DNA of 64,000 bases from Chrysemys picta bellii (Eukaryota): assembly GCF_011386835.1 (NCBI RefSeq), contig NC_088791.1, positions 194,060,001-194,124,000 of the forward strand, read 5' to 3'. Below, piece by piece: positions 1-13,085 of the stretch (its first letter is position 1; each line of letters opens with the position of its first letter). The position numbers and the translations under genes are program-made. Under the pieces are notes generated by a model. It was given only the letters and a program-made list of their open reading frames with translations, was not told the origin of the DNA and ran no database searches.

Positions 1-230
1 ATGGTGGCCAGCATGGCGAGGAAATAGAACATGGGCTTGTGTAGGGAGGTGTCTGTCTTGATAACATACAAGAGGGTGCAGTTTCCTAGAAGGATCAGGG
101 TGAACACTGAGCAGAAGGGGATGGAGATCCAGAGGTGCAGTGCTTCCAGCCCCGGGATGCCTGTCAGGAAGAACACTGATGGATCAGAGCCTGTGCCGTT
201 GGAACCTGACAGGTTGTCTTGTTGTGGCAT
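1..230 (-). CDS. Class I olfactory receptor (OR52-like), N-terminal part; gene continues beyond the window start
   Basis: Reverse-strand translation from ATG at 230: [76 protein letters not shown]. It contains the GN and [11 protein letters not shown] motifs and is paralogous to the ORs starting at 8611 and 59676. Not in the ORF track. Confidence 0.9.
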   Translation of the reverse strand, partial: MPQQDNLSGSNGTGSDPSVFFLTGIPGLEALHLWISIPFCSVFTLILLGNCTLLYVIKTDTSLHKPMFYFLAMLAT

Positions 231-494
231 CTTTTGCAAGTCTGACATCAATGTCTTTCCTTTCAATAAAACATAACACATGGAATGAACAGACCCTGTA
301 AATGAAATACACGCTAGGGGCCAGTCTCAGCTCTGGAAGAAATGGACTGACCTTTTGTTGAGCTTATCAGTCATGTTGCAATAACACTAATCACACAAAC
401 CCTTATATTTGTCTGTGCAAAATCATTTAGAGTTTTTAGAAGGTCATTACAAGTCTCGAGTAATGAACATACCTGGTGTACCTTGTTACTAGGA

Positions 495-590
495 GATGCA
501 CATTATTTAGTTTCAGAGTAACAGCTGTGTTCTGTTTCTGCAAAAAGAACAGGAGTACTTGTGGCACCTTAGAGACTAACAAATACGTAC
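495..590. mobile_element. Penelope-like (Neptune) terminal fragment
   Basis: AAAAAGAACAGGAGTACTTGTGGCACCTTAGAGACTAACAAAT, the same terminus as at ~3263-3390, ~24770 and ~37600. Confidence 0.75.
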
Positions 591-763
591 CTAGTATATA
601 TGGCCACACAGCACACGCTTTCAGCAATACCTGGCATGTTAAGCTGCATGTAGCAAGATGTACCGGTACATTCAGCAGCACACGCTGGATATTCAGCCAG
701 GATGTACGTAGTACATCGTGGAACATGCATGAGTAGTGCTATTTTGATCTCAGTGATGACCAA

Positions 764-1013
764 GGGTACATCTACACAGGAATGTCTGCCCACGGCAGCA
801 AGTCTCAGAGCTCGGCTCGACAGACTCAGGGCACCTCGCTAAAACAAGCTGTGTAGATGCTGTAGCTCAAGTTGGGGCTCCAGCCCACCTGCTTCAGAGC
901 CCGAGCCTCAACATCTACACAGCTATTCTTAGCGTGGTACCCCGAGAAGCACGAGCCTGTGTCTGTCGACCCGAGCTGTGAGACTGACTGCCGCTCGCTG
1001 CGTAGACATAGCC
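764..1013. mobile_element. Non-autonomous DNA transposon (MITE) with GGGTACATCTACAC...GCGTAGACATAGCC terminal inverted repeats (PIF/Harbinger-like)
   Basis: The TIRs are visible directly. Related copies occur at ~12196-12495 and ~51775-51848. The superfamily assignment is inferred. Confidence 0.7.
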
Positions 1014-1096
1014 AAAGAGACTATGAGTCTGATCGCGCTCCCATTGAAGTCAGGGGAAGAACTCCCCACTGGCTTCCGGGATAACTGAGCTGTTCT

Positions 1097-1953
1097 TTTT
1101 AGGTGACAAATCTGAGGAACCGTCCCAGGTGTCAGAAGAAGAGATTTTGGAACAAACTGATAAATTAAACAGTAATAAGTCACCAGGACCAGATGGGATT
1201 CAGTGAGGAATTCTGAAGGAACTCAAATATCAAATTGCAGAACTACTAACTGTGGTATGTGACCTATCACTTAAATCAGCCTCTGTACCAGATGACTAGA
1301 GGATAGCTAATGTGATGCCAATTTTTAAAGAAGGTTCCAGAGGTGATCCTTGTAATTACAGCCCAGTGAGCCTAACTCCAGAATCAGGCAAATTGGTTAA
1401 AACGATTGCACCACAGCTCAGAGAGCCGAGAAGCGAACAGAATTACCAGACATGAACAAGATTTGTTGGGGAAGAGTCAACCTGGCTACTGTAAAAGGAA
1501 ATCATCCCTCACCAATCTAGTAGAATTCTTTGAGGAGGTCAACAAATGTGGACAAGGGTGATCCAGTGGCTATAGTGTACTTGGACTTTCAGAAAGGTTT
1601 TGACAAGTTTCCTCACCAAAGGCTCTTAAGCAAAGTAAGTTGTCATGGCCTAAGAGGGAAGGTTCTCTCATGGGTCAGTAACTGGTTAAAAGACAGGAAA
1701 TAAAAGATAGGAATGAATGGTCAGTTTTCAGAATGGAGAGAGGTAAATAGTGGTGTCCCCCCAGGGATCTGTACTGAGACCAGTACTGTTCAACGTAGTC
1801 ATAAATGATTTGGAAAAGGGGGTAAACAGTGAGGTGGTGACATTTGCAGATGATACAAAATTACTCAAGACATTACTCCAAAGAAGACTGTAAAGAGTTG
1901 CAAAGGGATCTCACAAAACTGTGTGACTGAGCAACAGAATAACAGACAAAATT
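1097..1953 (+). mobile_element. CR1 LINE ORF2 (reverse transcriptase) fragment, degenerate
   Basis: Translatable pieces of CR1 RT (PGPDGI, NYRPVSLT, LDFQKGFDK, FADDTKL) broken by stops and frameshifts. Confidence 0.9.
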
Positions 1954-2140
1954 CATAGAATCACAGTGCTGGAAGGGACCTCATCTAGTCCAACCCACTG
2001 CTCAAAGGAGGACAAATACCTACATGTTTTTTTTTTTTTTTTTTTTTTTAAACCCAGTTCCCTAAATTGCCCCCTCAAGGATTGAACTCACAACACTGGA
2101 TTTAGCAGGCCAAGGCTCAAACCACTGAGCTATTCCTACC
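1954..2140 (-). mobile_element. Tortoise Pol III/SINE (tRNA-derived head, CR1-like tail) with internal poly(A)
   Basis: Reverse complement reads TAGCTCAGTGGTTTGAGC (A-box)...GAGTTCAATCC (B-box)...GTCCCTTCC...GATTCTATG. Confidence 0.85.
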
Positions 2141-2329
2141 CACACATGTAGTCAAAACAGACTATGGAGAGAAGAAATCTTATGCTATAAAAATCCAAAT
2201 CAACAGAGATGGAGAGACCATTTTGACAAAGGGGAAAATATTACAAGCTGCTACAGCCCATATTTATCAAAGGTTGTAGAAAAATTATTAATCATTTCAT
2301 TAACTGAGAAAAAATTGTCATCAAATAAT

Positions 2330-3200
2330 TATGGAGTCATAGATTTTAAGGCAAGAAAGAACCATTCTGATCACCTGCTCTGACCTCCTGAATAACACAG
2401 GCCACAGAATTTCACCAGGTGAGTTCTGCCTCAAGCCCATAACATCTCTTGGAGCTAGAGCATATCACTGAGAAAGGCGTCAAGTCTTGATTTAAAGACT
2501 TCAGGTGATGGCGATCCAACCACATCCCTAGTTAAGTTGTTTCAAATGTTAGTTCGCCTTCCTCTTCGAATGTGCACCTTGTTTCTAGTCTCAATTTGTC
2601 TAGTCTCAGTTCCCAGCCACTGGATCTCATTCTGCCTTTGTCTGCTAGATTAAAGAACCTTCTGCAGTCAGAAATCTCTCCCCTTCTATGGACTTAGAGA
2701 CTGTGATCAAGTCACCTCTTAACCTTCTCTCGGATAAACTAAATAGCTCGAGCTTGTTCAGTCTCTGGCTATAAGCCATGTTCTCCAGCTCTGAAATCAT
2801 TCTTGTAGCTCTTTTCTGAACCCCTTTCAATCTGTCAACAACCTTTTTGAAGTGTGGACACCGGACGTAGAAACAGTGTCTCCAAGCCTCAGACCTCTCT
2901 ATATCCACTTGATATTTCCCTGCTTATACTTTCAAGGAGGGCATTTGTTCTCTCCATCACCACACTGCACTGGGACCTCATGTACAATTGGTTATACATC
3001 ATCACTCCAAGTTCTTATTTGAGTCAGTGCTTTCTAAAACATAGTCCCCCATCCTGTAAGTGTGATCTGCGGTCTTGATTCCTCAATGCAGGACCTCGCA
3101 TTTAGTTGTAATCAACTGCACGTTGTTCAAGTGAGCCCAGTTTAGCAAGTGATTGAGCTCGTTTTATAGGACTGCCCTGTCCTAATCACTACTTTTCTCT
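2330..3200 (-). mobile_element. CR1 LINE 3' part (ORF2 C-terminus plus 3' UTR)
   Basis: ORF 2645-2908: CPHFKKVVDRLKGVQKRATRMI...LFSLSERRLRGDLI. Confidence 0.85.
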
Positions 3201-3262
3201 TCCAAAACATATGTCCCCCAGACCGAAATCTCCCATGATAACACAGACACACAGTAAAGACA

Positions 3263-3390
3263 GGTTTCAGCATAGCAGCCGTGTTAGTCTGTATCCGCAA
3301 AAAGAACAGGAGTACTTGTGGCACCTTAGAGACTAACACATTTATTTCAGCATAAGCTCAAAATAAGCTCAAAATAAATTTGTTACACAG
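3263..3390. mobile_element. Penelope-like terminal fragment with a short inverted arm
   Basis: GTTTCAGCATAGCAGCCGTGTTAGTCTGTATCCGCAAAAAGAACAGGAGTACTTGTGGCACC, followed by ...CTAACACATTTATTTCAGC / GCTCAAAATAAATTTGTTA inverted arms. Confidence 0.75.
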
Positions 3391-3715
3391 CAAAGAGTCT
3401 CTCACAATCCAGTTGTGCATGGGGCGAGAACTATGGCTGTGTGTGTGTAAACCGAATACCCCTGATGTTTTGGAACATTCAATGGTTTCTTACTGTCGTT
3501 TTTTTGGCTCTTTGTTTTTTGATTAAATTCAATAGTTCCCTTCAAAATGACCAACTTCACTCTGCTCTCACTGATACAGGGGTAAATCCAGAATCATTCC
3601 AGTTTTACACCAGGATGACTGATAGCAGATTTTGCCCCAAGTTTTACATTTACTTTAAAAATCTCCTATTTAGAAATATCCTGGATTAGCTTTAATCTAA
3701 ACTGCCCCAGCTCAC

Positions 3716-3860
3716 CTGAACCCTGGCTGCGTCTCCTTCCCTTTCAGCACATGCTGAAGTCACACACAAACTGCACGACTCTCCACTCGGCCGGGATCAA
3801 CTGGGTGAGAGTATTTATACCTCCTAATGACCCCTGCTGACTTTACTCCCCAGGTGGGAG
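3716..3860 (-). promoter_or_regulatory. Putative OR promoter and non-coding first exon (TATAAA 3819-3814, TAATGA 3825-3830, donor CAG|GTGAGC at 3715)
   Basis: Inverted homolog (~75% by eye) of 13716-13860 and 54125-54270; points toward the OR at 230. Confidence 0.5.
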
Positions 3861-4769
3861 GTGAGAGACTTGGGTCATTATAGTGGCACATTTGTTTTGG
3901 AGCCTAGAGAGTCACAGCAAGTGGGGAATGTAGAATAACCCGGGTCTTTCCTCCTGGGTGGCTGTTCATATCGACATCTACATGAAAAAGTGCGGGCCAA
4001 ACCCTCAGCAGAGTGCATGGAAGTGTAGGCCATATTGTATTCGTCCAGAAAAATTGTGCAAATCCCCTCAACCGATGTGTGCACCAGGGGATTTACATAC
4101 CTAAATTGGGCAGGTGAATAAATGCGCACACAGTGTGCAGGACTTCACCCTGTGTGTTAGGTCTCTGCTTGGACTTGACTATGAAGACAAATGAAAACTG
4201 GTTTGGGAAAGAGATGGATAATGACATCTTACATGTACACGGCCTCTTTTATCCAGAACAACTCCCCAAATCTAATTCTAGACAGACCCACTCACCCATT
4301 GCAGACATGGGTCTGCGGTGTAACATAAGCAGCAACACTACACAATTGCAGCTGCTACCACTTCCTCTTTGGGTAGGAACAAGGGCCCCCTTCATAGGCA
4401 TAGTTTGACGTCAATATTTGGGGGGCAGCTCCAGCCAGGACAATGGGGCCACGCTTCAGGGACAAATTCCACGCCTACCCCAAGGTTGCAGTGCTGGGCC
4501 CACTGTGGGGACACTGCTCATCCCGTGAGGCCGGGCACCTGCCCTCGTGTTTGTTCAAGTCTTCCATAGGGATGCGGAGACAGGGGGGTGAAATTTAACC
4601 ATGGCCATAGTGTGGCTAAAGCGCAGGTGTCCACAAACAGGGTGGGGGCCTTGTAACCATGGCTGGAAACCACCCAGACTCCAGGAGCTCGGGGCAGGAC
4701 CGGGACTGCCCCACTCCTCTTCCTCTGAGGCCCTGCCCCCTAACCGAATACTGACAGTTTCCCTTTTCG

Positions 4770-5460
4770 ACCAGACATTCTGGTCAAAAACCAGACACGC
4801 GGCAACAATCCTGTCATCACCTGGCAGCCCTGCCACAGACACTCCCCAGTAACCTGGTGCATCTCACAGGCACCCCCCACCTGGGAATGAGGGAAGGACG
4901 CAGGGGCCACCAGTGCTGGGCAGAGGGACACACTCGTGCCGGGCCCGGCTGTTACCTATGTTGGTCCAGACCACGGCATTGTCCAGATGGAAAGAGAGTG
5001 TCACTGCCCAGCCCCAGTCCCTGGCAACCACCTCCTCTCGGGGCCGGCCCCTTCTCCTCGCCCACCCCTAGCAGCTCCGGTTTGCCCTCTGCCACCCGCC
5101 GGAGATGCTGGGCTCCACTGGCCTGGGCGGGGACCATCGCCGGATACCACCCTACGAGCAGGAGGTCTGGGGCCAACTGCTGGCACAGGACTCCTCATCG
5201 CTGTCCCCTTCCCAGGTGTACATGGCGGTGCCGGGTGCCTTGCGGCTGGGGGGGGGGGCGGCTGAACCTTTAAATTGTGCCCCCCCACTAGCAACGTGTG
5301 CAGTTTGGGGGCAGCGCCCCCCATAATCCTACAAACTCCACCCATGCCCCCTGGCACTATGGGGAAAGGGCCTCAGGCAGGAGCTATGTTGTTGAGGCCG
5401 AGGGACCATTTCTCGTTATGCTACCCCACAGGGTGCCAGAAATCAGAAGTTTTCTAGGGA
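4770..5460. mobile_element. GC-rich hAT-type MITE(s); paralog at ~55190-56010
   Basis: AAAAACCAGACAC..TGGCAAC terminal-like motif and GC-rich body; duplicated with the segmental duplication. Confidence 0.5.
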
Positions 5461-5918
5461 AAATGGGCCACAGGATCTCTGCAGCGATATCTATGGGTGG
5501 TGATTCAAACTGTCTGGAATTGTTGATAAATTGTATCGTTTGACCACACTTTGGTTCATTATTTTGTTATGAAATATACTCAAGAGCCCAAATAACCAAT
5601 GTCAGGCAGGTTTATTAATATGGCACAGGAACAAGGTTCAATATGATACCAGACTCCAAAAAGTCGGCCTGTGGGGCTATGTGGCATTCCCCTTACACTG
5701 ACGGTGCGTTCCCCCGTTACAAATTTCAGCTGCTATTATATATGATTTTACAAGTTACACATTTTGACAAGTTTCATGTCTGCTTGTGCCAAATGTTTAG
5801 TTAAGTAAATGCAAGGTATTATGGGATACTAAGCTTAAGTGAATGAACAGGATTATGGCATAGGCTGTTTCAGCGATATCACTGTTAAGAACATAAGAAT
5901 GGCCATAGTGGGTGAGAC

Positions 5919-6449
5919 ATTGGAGAGGCCTCATCTGGAGTACTGTGTCCAGTTTTGGGCCCCACACTACAAGAAGGATGTGGAAAAATTGGAAAGAGTC
6001 CAGCGGAGGGCAACAAAAATGATTAGGGGTCTGGAGCACATGACTTATGAGGAGAGGCTGAGGGAACTGGGATTGTTTAGTCTCCAGAAGAGAAGAATGA
6101 GGGGGGATATGATAGCAGCCTTCAACTACCTGAAGGGGGGTTCCAAAGAGGATGGAGCTCGGCTGTTCTCAGTGGTGGCAGATGACAGAACAAGAAGCAA
6201 TGGTCTCAAGTTGCAGTGGGGGAGGTCCAGGTTGGATATCAGGAAAAACTATTTCACTAGGAGGGTGGTGAAACACTGGAATGCGTTACCTAGGGAGGTG
6301 GTGGAGTCTCCTTCCTTGGAGGTTTTTAAGGCCCGGCTTGAGAAAGCCCTGGCTGGGATGATTTAGCTGGGAATTGGTCCTGCTTTGAGCAGGGGGTTGG
6401 ACTAGATGACCTCTTGAGGTCCCTTCCAACTCTGATATTCTATGATTCT
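5919..6449 (+). mobile_element. Young 5'-truncated CR1 LINE with 7-bp TSD GTGAGAC (5912-5918 / 6450-6456)
   Basis: Uninterrupted ORF2 C-terminus ([33 protein letters not shown]...) and GATTCTATGATTCT tail; absent from the paralogous site at ~57535. Confidence 0.95.
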
Positions 6450-6864
6450 GTGAGACCAAAGGTCCAGCTAGCCCAATATCCTGTTTTCCGACAGTGGCCA
6501 ATGCCAGGTGTCCCAGAGGGAATGAACAGAACAGGTCATCATCAAGTGATCCAGCCGCTGTCGCCCATTCCCAGCTTCTAGCAAACAGAGGCTAGGGGCA
6601 CCATCCCTGCCCATCCTGGCTAATAGCCACTGATGAAGCTATCCTCCATGAACTTATCTAGTTCTTTTTTAACTTATCTAGTTCTTTTGCTACAATATTT
6701 GTAGTTAATATTATTGGTAGTTAATGCATACTACTAGTATATATATTGTGCAGACAATACATATTATTAATGTGATACATATCTATATGCTATCCAGCAT
6801 ATATTAGGCAACAGGAACAAAGGTGATAGCAAAATAGAGCAAGACTTTTCCCCAAGTATTTCAT

Positions 6865-6866
<2 letters not shown>

Positions 6867-6926
<60 letters not shown>
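6867..6926 (+). repeat. (AC)30 microsatellite
   Basis: Perfect dinucleotide run; paralogous sites at ~56404 and ~57958 are much shorter. Confidence 0.98.
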
Positions 6927-6928
<2 letters not shown>

Positions 6929-7648
6929 CACTATTTCATTAATTTATTGTCAGTATCAGAAAGTGAACTTTAAATACTTTGTGCCTGAGATCACTCTGGT
7001 AAGGATTTGGGGATTTTTGAAGTGCTCTTTGAGGCAGATACACCTTTCCTCACGCCCCTCTCTCGACCTGGTGCATTGTGCTGCTGTGTGGTAGGGTTAA
7101 ACTACTGGGGACAGACTCTCAAACGTTCAGACACCACAACTAAGGCCAGATTTCCCATAGAAAAGGTTGGCACCAGCAGCTTCCATGGTGGCACGTTTGG
7201 GACAGAAGAGCCCAGCACTCAGCACTTATTCTGGTGCCTAAATGGCCCAGGATGTGTTGCTGCATCTCAGAGCTGATGGAACATCAGGGGCAGATACAGT
7301 ATTTGTTCCTGATGCATGCACCTCTGTGGCTGCGGCTGGGTGTGTCAGTAATAAAGGCCAGATGTTCCTGCAAAGCACGAGAAGGTACAAGGAGCTTTCA
7401 CACTCCTCTTCACACTCCTTCACACTTCACACACAGGGCTGAGTGAGAAAAAGGTCATGGCCAAGATCACCTTCTGGCCAGCAGCCCTAAGCTTGTGTAG
7501 GGGACGGTGTATAGCTTGCTGTGCGTTGGAGGTGGAGTTCCCATCCCAGCGTACACAAAGCCCCCACAAACATGCTGTCTAAGTTACTCAGAAAACCTCT
7601 CCTGCATCCTCTGCTTCCTGATCACTCAGCAGCCCCCTCCTGGTCAGC

Positions 7649-8611
7649 CTAGAAGCTCTTCCCTCGGAACAGGAGACGCACCTGGTCACGAATCTGTTTG
7701 GTTTTCAAACCGTACACGATGGGGTTCATCATGGGAGGAAAGAGGAGGTTAAAATTGGCCAGCAGGATGTGTACGTACGGGGTGACATGGCGCCCGAACC
7801 TGTGTATTGTTGAGGTGAGGACCACTGGTGTGTAGACTATTAAGATGGCACAAAGGTGGGCAACACAGGTGCCGAAAGCCTTGAGCTGCTCTTCCTTGGA
7901 TGCCAGACTTAAGACAGCCCTTAGGATCTTGACATACGATAGGGAGATGAACATCAGATCCAGCCCCACGATGAAGACAGTTACGATGATCCCATAGACG
8001 TTATTGAACCTGGTGTCAGCACAGGCCAGCTTCACCACGGCCATGTGCTCACAGTAGCAATGGCAGATGACGTGGGACCGGCAGTAGGGCAGCCTCCTGA
8101 GGACGAAGGGCAGAGGGAGCACTAGGAGAACAGCCCGGGCCAAAGCCGCCAGCCCGATCTTTGCTATCACTGAATTGGTCAGGATGGTGGCGTACCGCAG
8201 GGGGTTGCAGATGGCCACGTACCTGTCAAAGGCCATGGCCAGCAGCAGAGTAGACTCCAGAGTGGAGAATGAGTGAAGAAAAAACATCTGCACCAGGCAG
8301 CCGTTAAAGCTGATCTCCCTGGAATTAAACCAGAAGATGCTCAGTATTTTCGGCACGGTGGTTGTGGATAAAACCAGGTCGATGACGGCCAGCATGGCGA
8401 GGAAATAGAACATGGGCTTGTGTAGGGAGGGCTCTGTCTTGATAACATACAAGAGGGTGCAGTTTCCTAGAAGGGCCATGGTGAACATCGAGCAGAAGGG
8501 GATGGAGATCCAGGGGTGCAGAGCTTCCAGCCCTGGGATTCCCATCAGGAAGAACACGGATGGATCAGAGCCTGTGCCATTGGGAGCTGACAGGTTGCCC
8601 TGCAGGAGCAT
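7649..8611 (-). CDS. Class I olfactory receptor (OR52-like), 320 aa, intact single coding exon
   Basis: Motifs [60 protein letters not shown]. The start is placed at MLLQGN by comparison with the 59676 paralog and a splice acceptor TTTTATTGACAG at 8641-8642. Confidence 0.95.
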   Translation of the reverse strand: MLLQGNLSAPNGTGSDPSVFFLMGIPGLEALHPWISIPFCSMFTMALLGNCTLLYVIKTEPSLHKPMFYFLAMLAVIDLVLSTTTVPKILSIFWFNSREISFNGCLVQMFFLHSFSTLESTLLLAMAFDRYVAICNPLRYATILTNSVIAKIGLAALARAVLLVLPLPFVLRRLPYCRSHVICHCYCEHMAVVKLACADTRFNNVYGIIVTVFIVGLDLMFISLSYVKILRAVLSLASKEEQLKAFGTCVAHLCAILIVYTPVVLTSTIHRFGRHVTPYVHILLANFNLLFPPMMNPIVYGLKTKQIRDQVRLLFRGKSF

Positions 8612-8724
8612 CCTCTGAAAGTTTCCCAACAACGTTTGTCCTGTCAATAAAACATATGAGATGGTGAACAGACACGACACACGTGAGATGCCGCACTCCA
8701 CTCTGGCTCACGGGGTGCAACTCC

Positions 8725-9180
8725 TTTGGGAATGGATGACAAGGTCTGGAGCTGATAGAAACATTGGTTGGGTGGTAAATATCGAGGAGCTCAAATTAAG
8801 GAAAGCCTGGATGCAGGGGTGTAAGTACAAAGTGATAAGATATCAGCTACCGGAGGGTTCTTTAATCTGGCAGGCAAAGGCAGAACAAGTTCTAGTGACT
8901 GGAAGTTGAAGCCTTCATAGTGCAAACTGTGAATAAGATGCAACCATGCAACTGGAACTAAGCTGGAATTAACCAGTTCAAGAGAACCATCAGTAGCTGT
9001 AGTAAGTTCTCCATGGCTTAGGGTCTTTCAGTAGAGATTGGATGTTCCCAGAGAGATGTTCTAGCTCAACCACAAGTTACTGGGCTGCATGCAGGAATCA
9101 TCGGGTGGGTTCTTTGGCGTGTGATATGCAGGAGGTCAGGCTAGATGGCCATAATGGACCCTTCTTGCCTTTAAAATCTA
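8725..9180 (+). mobile_element. Old CR1 LINE 3' fragment
   Basis: Degenerate ORF2 C-terminus (...FNLAGKGRTSSSDWKLK) and CR1 3'UTR-like ending; partly deleted in the paralog at ~59805-60000. Confidence 0.6.
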
Positions 9181-9724
9181 CCACTCTATTATTTCAACAG
9201 GCACTGTGTCCACTTCTGTCACTTCTGGAGTTGGCTCTACACATCAGATCTGTGACACCAACCCTTTCCAATTTTCCCTACATGTCTTTGCATTACCTTT
9301 TATGTTATCATGAGCGTTTCTTTCAGTGCTGTCACCATGGTACCTGAGTGCTTGGGGGAGACACGATGAACTTCATACCCCATTTTCATCTGCAGCTTTC
9401 AGATTTCAATTTATTTATTTTGCTATTTTGGAGCGTTAGGCACTTGTGCAAGATCAACCTGGATTGGCCCCAGCCCAAAAACATATCAAGCAAATCAGCC
9501 GAAACCAGATAGTCTAGAAATTAGCAAAGCCCTTCCCTCCCTCAGACAGCGACCACCCCATGACTCCTACACTTGGCCAGGTGAGAAGTTAGGACGGTAG
9601 ATACGGGCTTTGCAGCATGGTTAGGGTATTTCTGAGCAAGGTTGAGTAGGGACTGAATTCCAAGGGAAGCCCCCTGACCCCAGCCTACCCTCTCTCACGC
9701 TGGGGAGTAGGGAGGGGAGGGGGG

Positions 9725-10250
9725 CAAACTCATTGACTTTGTTACCAAGCCCTCTCCTCTGCCCGATCTCTATCACTGCTGACAACACCTCCAGCCTCGC
9801 AGTCACTCAGGGCTACAACCTGGCAGACGTCTTTGACCCCTCCGACCTGCGTGTGCAGGGCTTGTCCAAGTCCTGTCACGTCACTCTCCATCATGTTCCT
9901 AAGATCCGACCTACTACCTACACTCTCCTGCATCTCCAGCCCCTCGTCATCTCCAGCCTTGGTTCCGGCAACCTCCTCCACTCTGATCCACATGCCCCTT
10001 CTCGCACACCCAAAGCATGAAATCCCTCCACAGGCTTCTTGTCCTCATCCTCAAGGCCCTTCACAGCTCTGTCTCCTTACTGATCCACTCAGTTCTCTTC
10101 TCGTGTTTTCCCCTCTCCCCTCCACTCTGCCAGGGATGGAGCACCCACCTGTCTGCATCTCCCGCACTGCCTCCAAAGTACAGAACAGCCCCCCTGAACC
10201 AGCCCGCTCCCCATTCCTGCGTCACACCCATCCTCAACACCCACTCGGCC
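9725..10250 (+). mobile_element. L2 LINE ORF2 C-terminal fragment (paralog ~60545-61070)
   Basis: SITADNTSSLAVTQGYNLADVFD...SKSCHVTLHHVPKIRP resembles the L2 RT tail (SITVDNTTILPVTQARNLGVIFD...SKSCRFFLHNISKIRP). Confidence 0.7.
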
Positions 10251-12195
10251 AAGGAAGAATGGACCATTGGGTAGAGCTAATGTACATGTATTTAACATAA
10301 CGGATGCATATAATGATAGGAAAAAATTGTGCATATTTTGGTTTGTATTCCTTTATCTCCCCTTCCGTATGTTACAGAGGGCTTATTGTTGATGAAGAAA
10401 AGTATCTGTGTGTGTGTGTGCATGTGTGCGTGTGTGTGAGAGAGAGTGTGTGTCTGTGTGGGTACAGTGCCTTGCACATTGTGAGTGCTATCTGAAGGTC
10501 AATAATTCTCAATATCTAGAGAATGTACAAAATCCCCCTATACTTCCCAATCATTTTGTGGAGGAATTTCAAGAAGTGGCTCCTGGCTCCATCCCATCAT
10601 TATCTTTTAGGGCTTTCCGCCTTTGTTTGCACCCACAAGGATCTGCCAACAGGAATGTGGGCACGGAGGCCGCTACACACCTGATTTGTGGGGGGAGCTA
10701 TTTCCAGGTTCAAATTATGCCTTCAGAAAGGAAGGCCAGGATTTTTAAAAAAGCAAACCTCAAATGTAATCCGCATAGTCTCTTTCACATAAACTGCATT
10801 CCACAATCCCTTTCAGAATCCAGGCACCTTAACAGAAAGGAACTAAGACCAGCGTTGAAGTCAAGAGAGGTCATCTGCCTGTGAAACGTCTAAAGAGCCA
10901 CTCAGCACCACATCCTCAGTCTTGGCTGTTGAAAGTATTTGCCTTCATCCACGCTTGGGCACAGAGCTTGATTTTTTGGAGGTGCTGAACACCCATCAGC
11001 TCCCATTGAAAACCAGATCACTCGTTTAGGTGAAAACCAGATCATTCATTCTAAATATAGACCATAGCTGCCCAGCGCTAGGCACCCAAGTGTGATCAGG
11101 TGGGGCACAATACGAATCCGCAGATGAAACAGGAAATTAAAATATACAGCAGCAGAATTTGGATCAGGTGTTGAACTTGCCCAGAATGTGGGTGTGTTTG
11201 GATCTGAGGTTCTGCTTCAGACCCGTCTTTGGCTACAGAACTGCACAATTCCTTTGCCCACACGAATCGGATTCTGTGGGCAAACTCACCAGAATCCTGC
11301 AGTGCTCCCTTCCTTTCCTCGGGCCTCGCTCTCCCACACGCTCACCCGCAGCTGCCTGCCCTTTGGTGGATTTATAGCCAGGGTTAGAGAACTTGTCTCC
11401 TCCCCTCAGGGGTGTCTCCCAGTTCAGCTGGGAATCTCTGTTTCCACTTTCTCCTCCCCACCCATTGCTGGCAGACAGAGTTAACTCTTTCTCTTCAGAC
11501 TTGGGAGAAAAGAAACTGTTCCTGCATCATGGGAATGAAAGATAGAAAAGCCATTTTCGGTCCCTCCTAGACCATGATCCCTCAGCCACTGCAGAACTGA
11601 TCACTACGGTACATTCCCCACTGCTTGGCCCAGCCTCGTTTTAAACAACCCAAGCAATGAACCCTCCACTACTTCCCCTAGGAGGCTGTATCCACCCCGG
11701 GGAGTCCATTAGTGCCCGGAGTACCTTCACCGGCTACGCAAGAGGGTCACCTTGGCCAGACAAGTCAACTTCACCTGCTTTCTGGCTGAATATTGAACAG
11801 TCCGCAGTCACTACGAATACCAGCTAGCTACTGAACGCCACTCACAGGGAGAGGCCTTAGGAGTGTGAAAAGGCAATACAGCCTCACAGATATTTACTTA
11901 ACAGCCGGCCGCCTTAGGTTATTATTTTTAGTTTGCATTGGGATAGTGCTGAGAGGCCTCAGCCTGGAAACTGAGCCCCATTGTGCCAGGTGCTGTACAC
12001 ACGTGTAAGGAAAAGATGCCCTACGGAGCTTTACATCCGTGTCGGTGTTTCAGTTCCTGAGTGCAGTAAACTTCCCAAGAAGAAGAAATCTCACCTCATT
12101 TCAGCCCCACACTCCTCTGAGGCATTCAGTAACCCTGTGAACAACGCAGACCAATGGGGAGACATTTGATGTAATGAGTGGATCCTCTTAACTAT

Positions 12196-12495
12196 AAATA
12201 TGTCTACACTGAAAAAACCCCCCAAAACATGGCAGCATCTCAGAGCCCAGGTCAATTGACTCCGGCTCGCGGGGTTCAGGCTGTGGTGCTCAAAAGAGCA
12301 GTGAAGATTTTTCTACTCAGGGTGAAGTCCGGGCTCCGGGCCTTCCCCCTTCACCGGTTTTCAGAGCCTCAGTTCCAGCCCAAGCAGAAATGGCTACACT
12401 GCTATCTCTAGCCCTGTACCGTGAGCCCGAGTAAGTTCACCCAGACTCTAAGACTTGCTCCCCAGGGGAGGGGGGTTTGCGGTGTAGACGTACCC
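12196..12495. mobile_element. MITE, ATGTCTACAC...GTGTAGACGTACCC family, followed by TAA
   Basis: TIRs visible; same family as 764-1013. Confidence 0.7.
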
Positions 12496-12979
12496 TAAGA
12501 AGAGGCGGTTTAATGACAGTGCTGGCACTTCCTGATCACAGTCCACCTGCCAATATGGCGAGGCAGCCATTCTTGTGAGATTTCAGCTCTTCCATTTCCA
12601 TTTCTAGCTAGACCCCAGAAGCGATGAGGTGCAGTGAAAACAAAAAACAATTCAGTGGGGTGGAGTTCCCTCAGCTTTTCAAAACCTTCAAAAATACTTG
12701 GTTGATTTTAAACTTGGGACCAAGATTTGGGGGATATCTTCTCCCTAGCGGAAATTCCAGTAGACTTCATAGGAATCCTTGAACTGGTCTTTCTCCTCCT
12801 CTCTCTTGATGTCTTCTGGTCTGTGTAGATTTCCACTAGAGATTCCTGCACTCCTGGACTGTGTATACGTAGCCAGCACTGAAATGCAGCCCCGTCTCGG
12901 TTTGACTGTGACAGTCATTGGGCACTAGCTACACAGCACGCCTGATTAGCACAGCTACGATAATGCAGTAGGGCAGGGC

Positions 12980-13085
12980 TATTCTTCCCATTTTACAGCT
13001 TGGGAATGGAGAGACTGAGAGATTTGCCCAAGGTCACCTGTGGCCGAGTGAAGACTAGAACGCAGGCCTCCTAAATTACTACCCT
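12980..13085. mobile_element. MIR/CORE-SINE remnant
   Basis: CCCATTTTACAG...GACTGAGAGATTTGCCCAAGGTCAC core-like sequence. Confidence 0.55.

Noticed and set aside
1954-2140. tRNA-like A/B boxes (also 35317 and 40113)
   Set aside because: These are SINE heads with LINE-like tails, not cloverleaf tRNA genes.
8612-8701. 30-aa N-terminal extension of the OR in the ORF track (350 aa)
   Set aside because: It starts at a non-ATG codon, crosses a conserved splice acceptor, and is absent from the paralog's ORF.
12061-12200. Possible minus-strand promoter and donor for OR 8611 (TATTTATA; GAG|GTGAGA)
   Set aside because: It is not homologous to the three-copy module and overlaps a MITE end; motifs this short are expected by chance.
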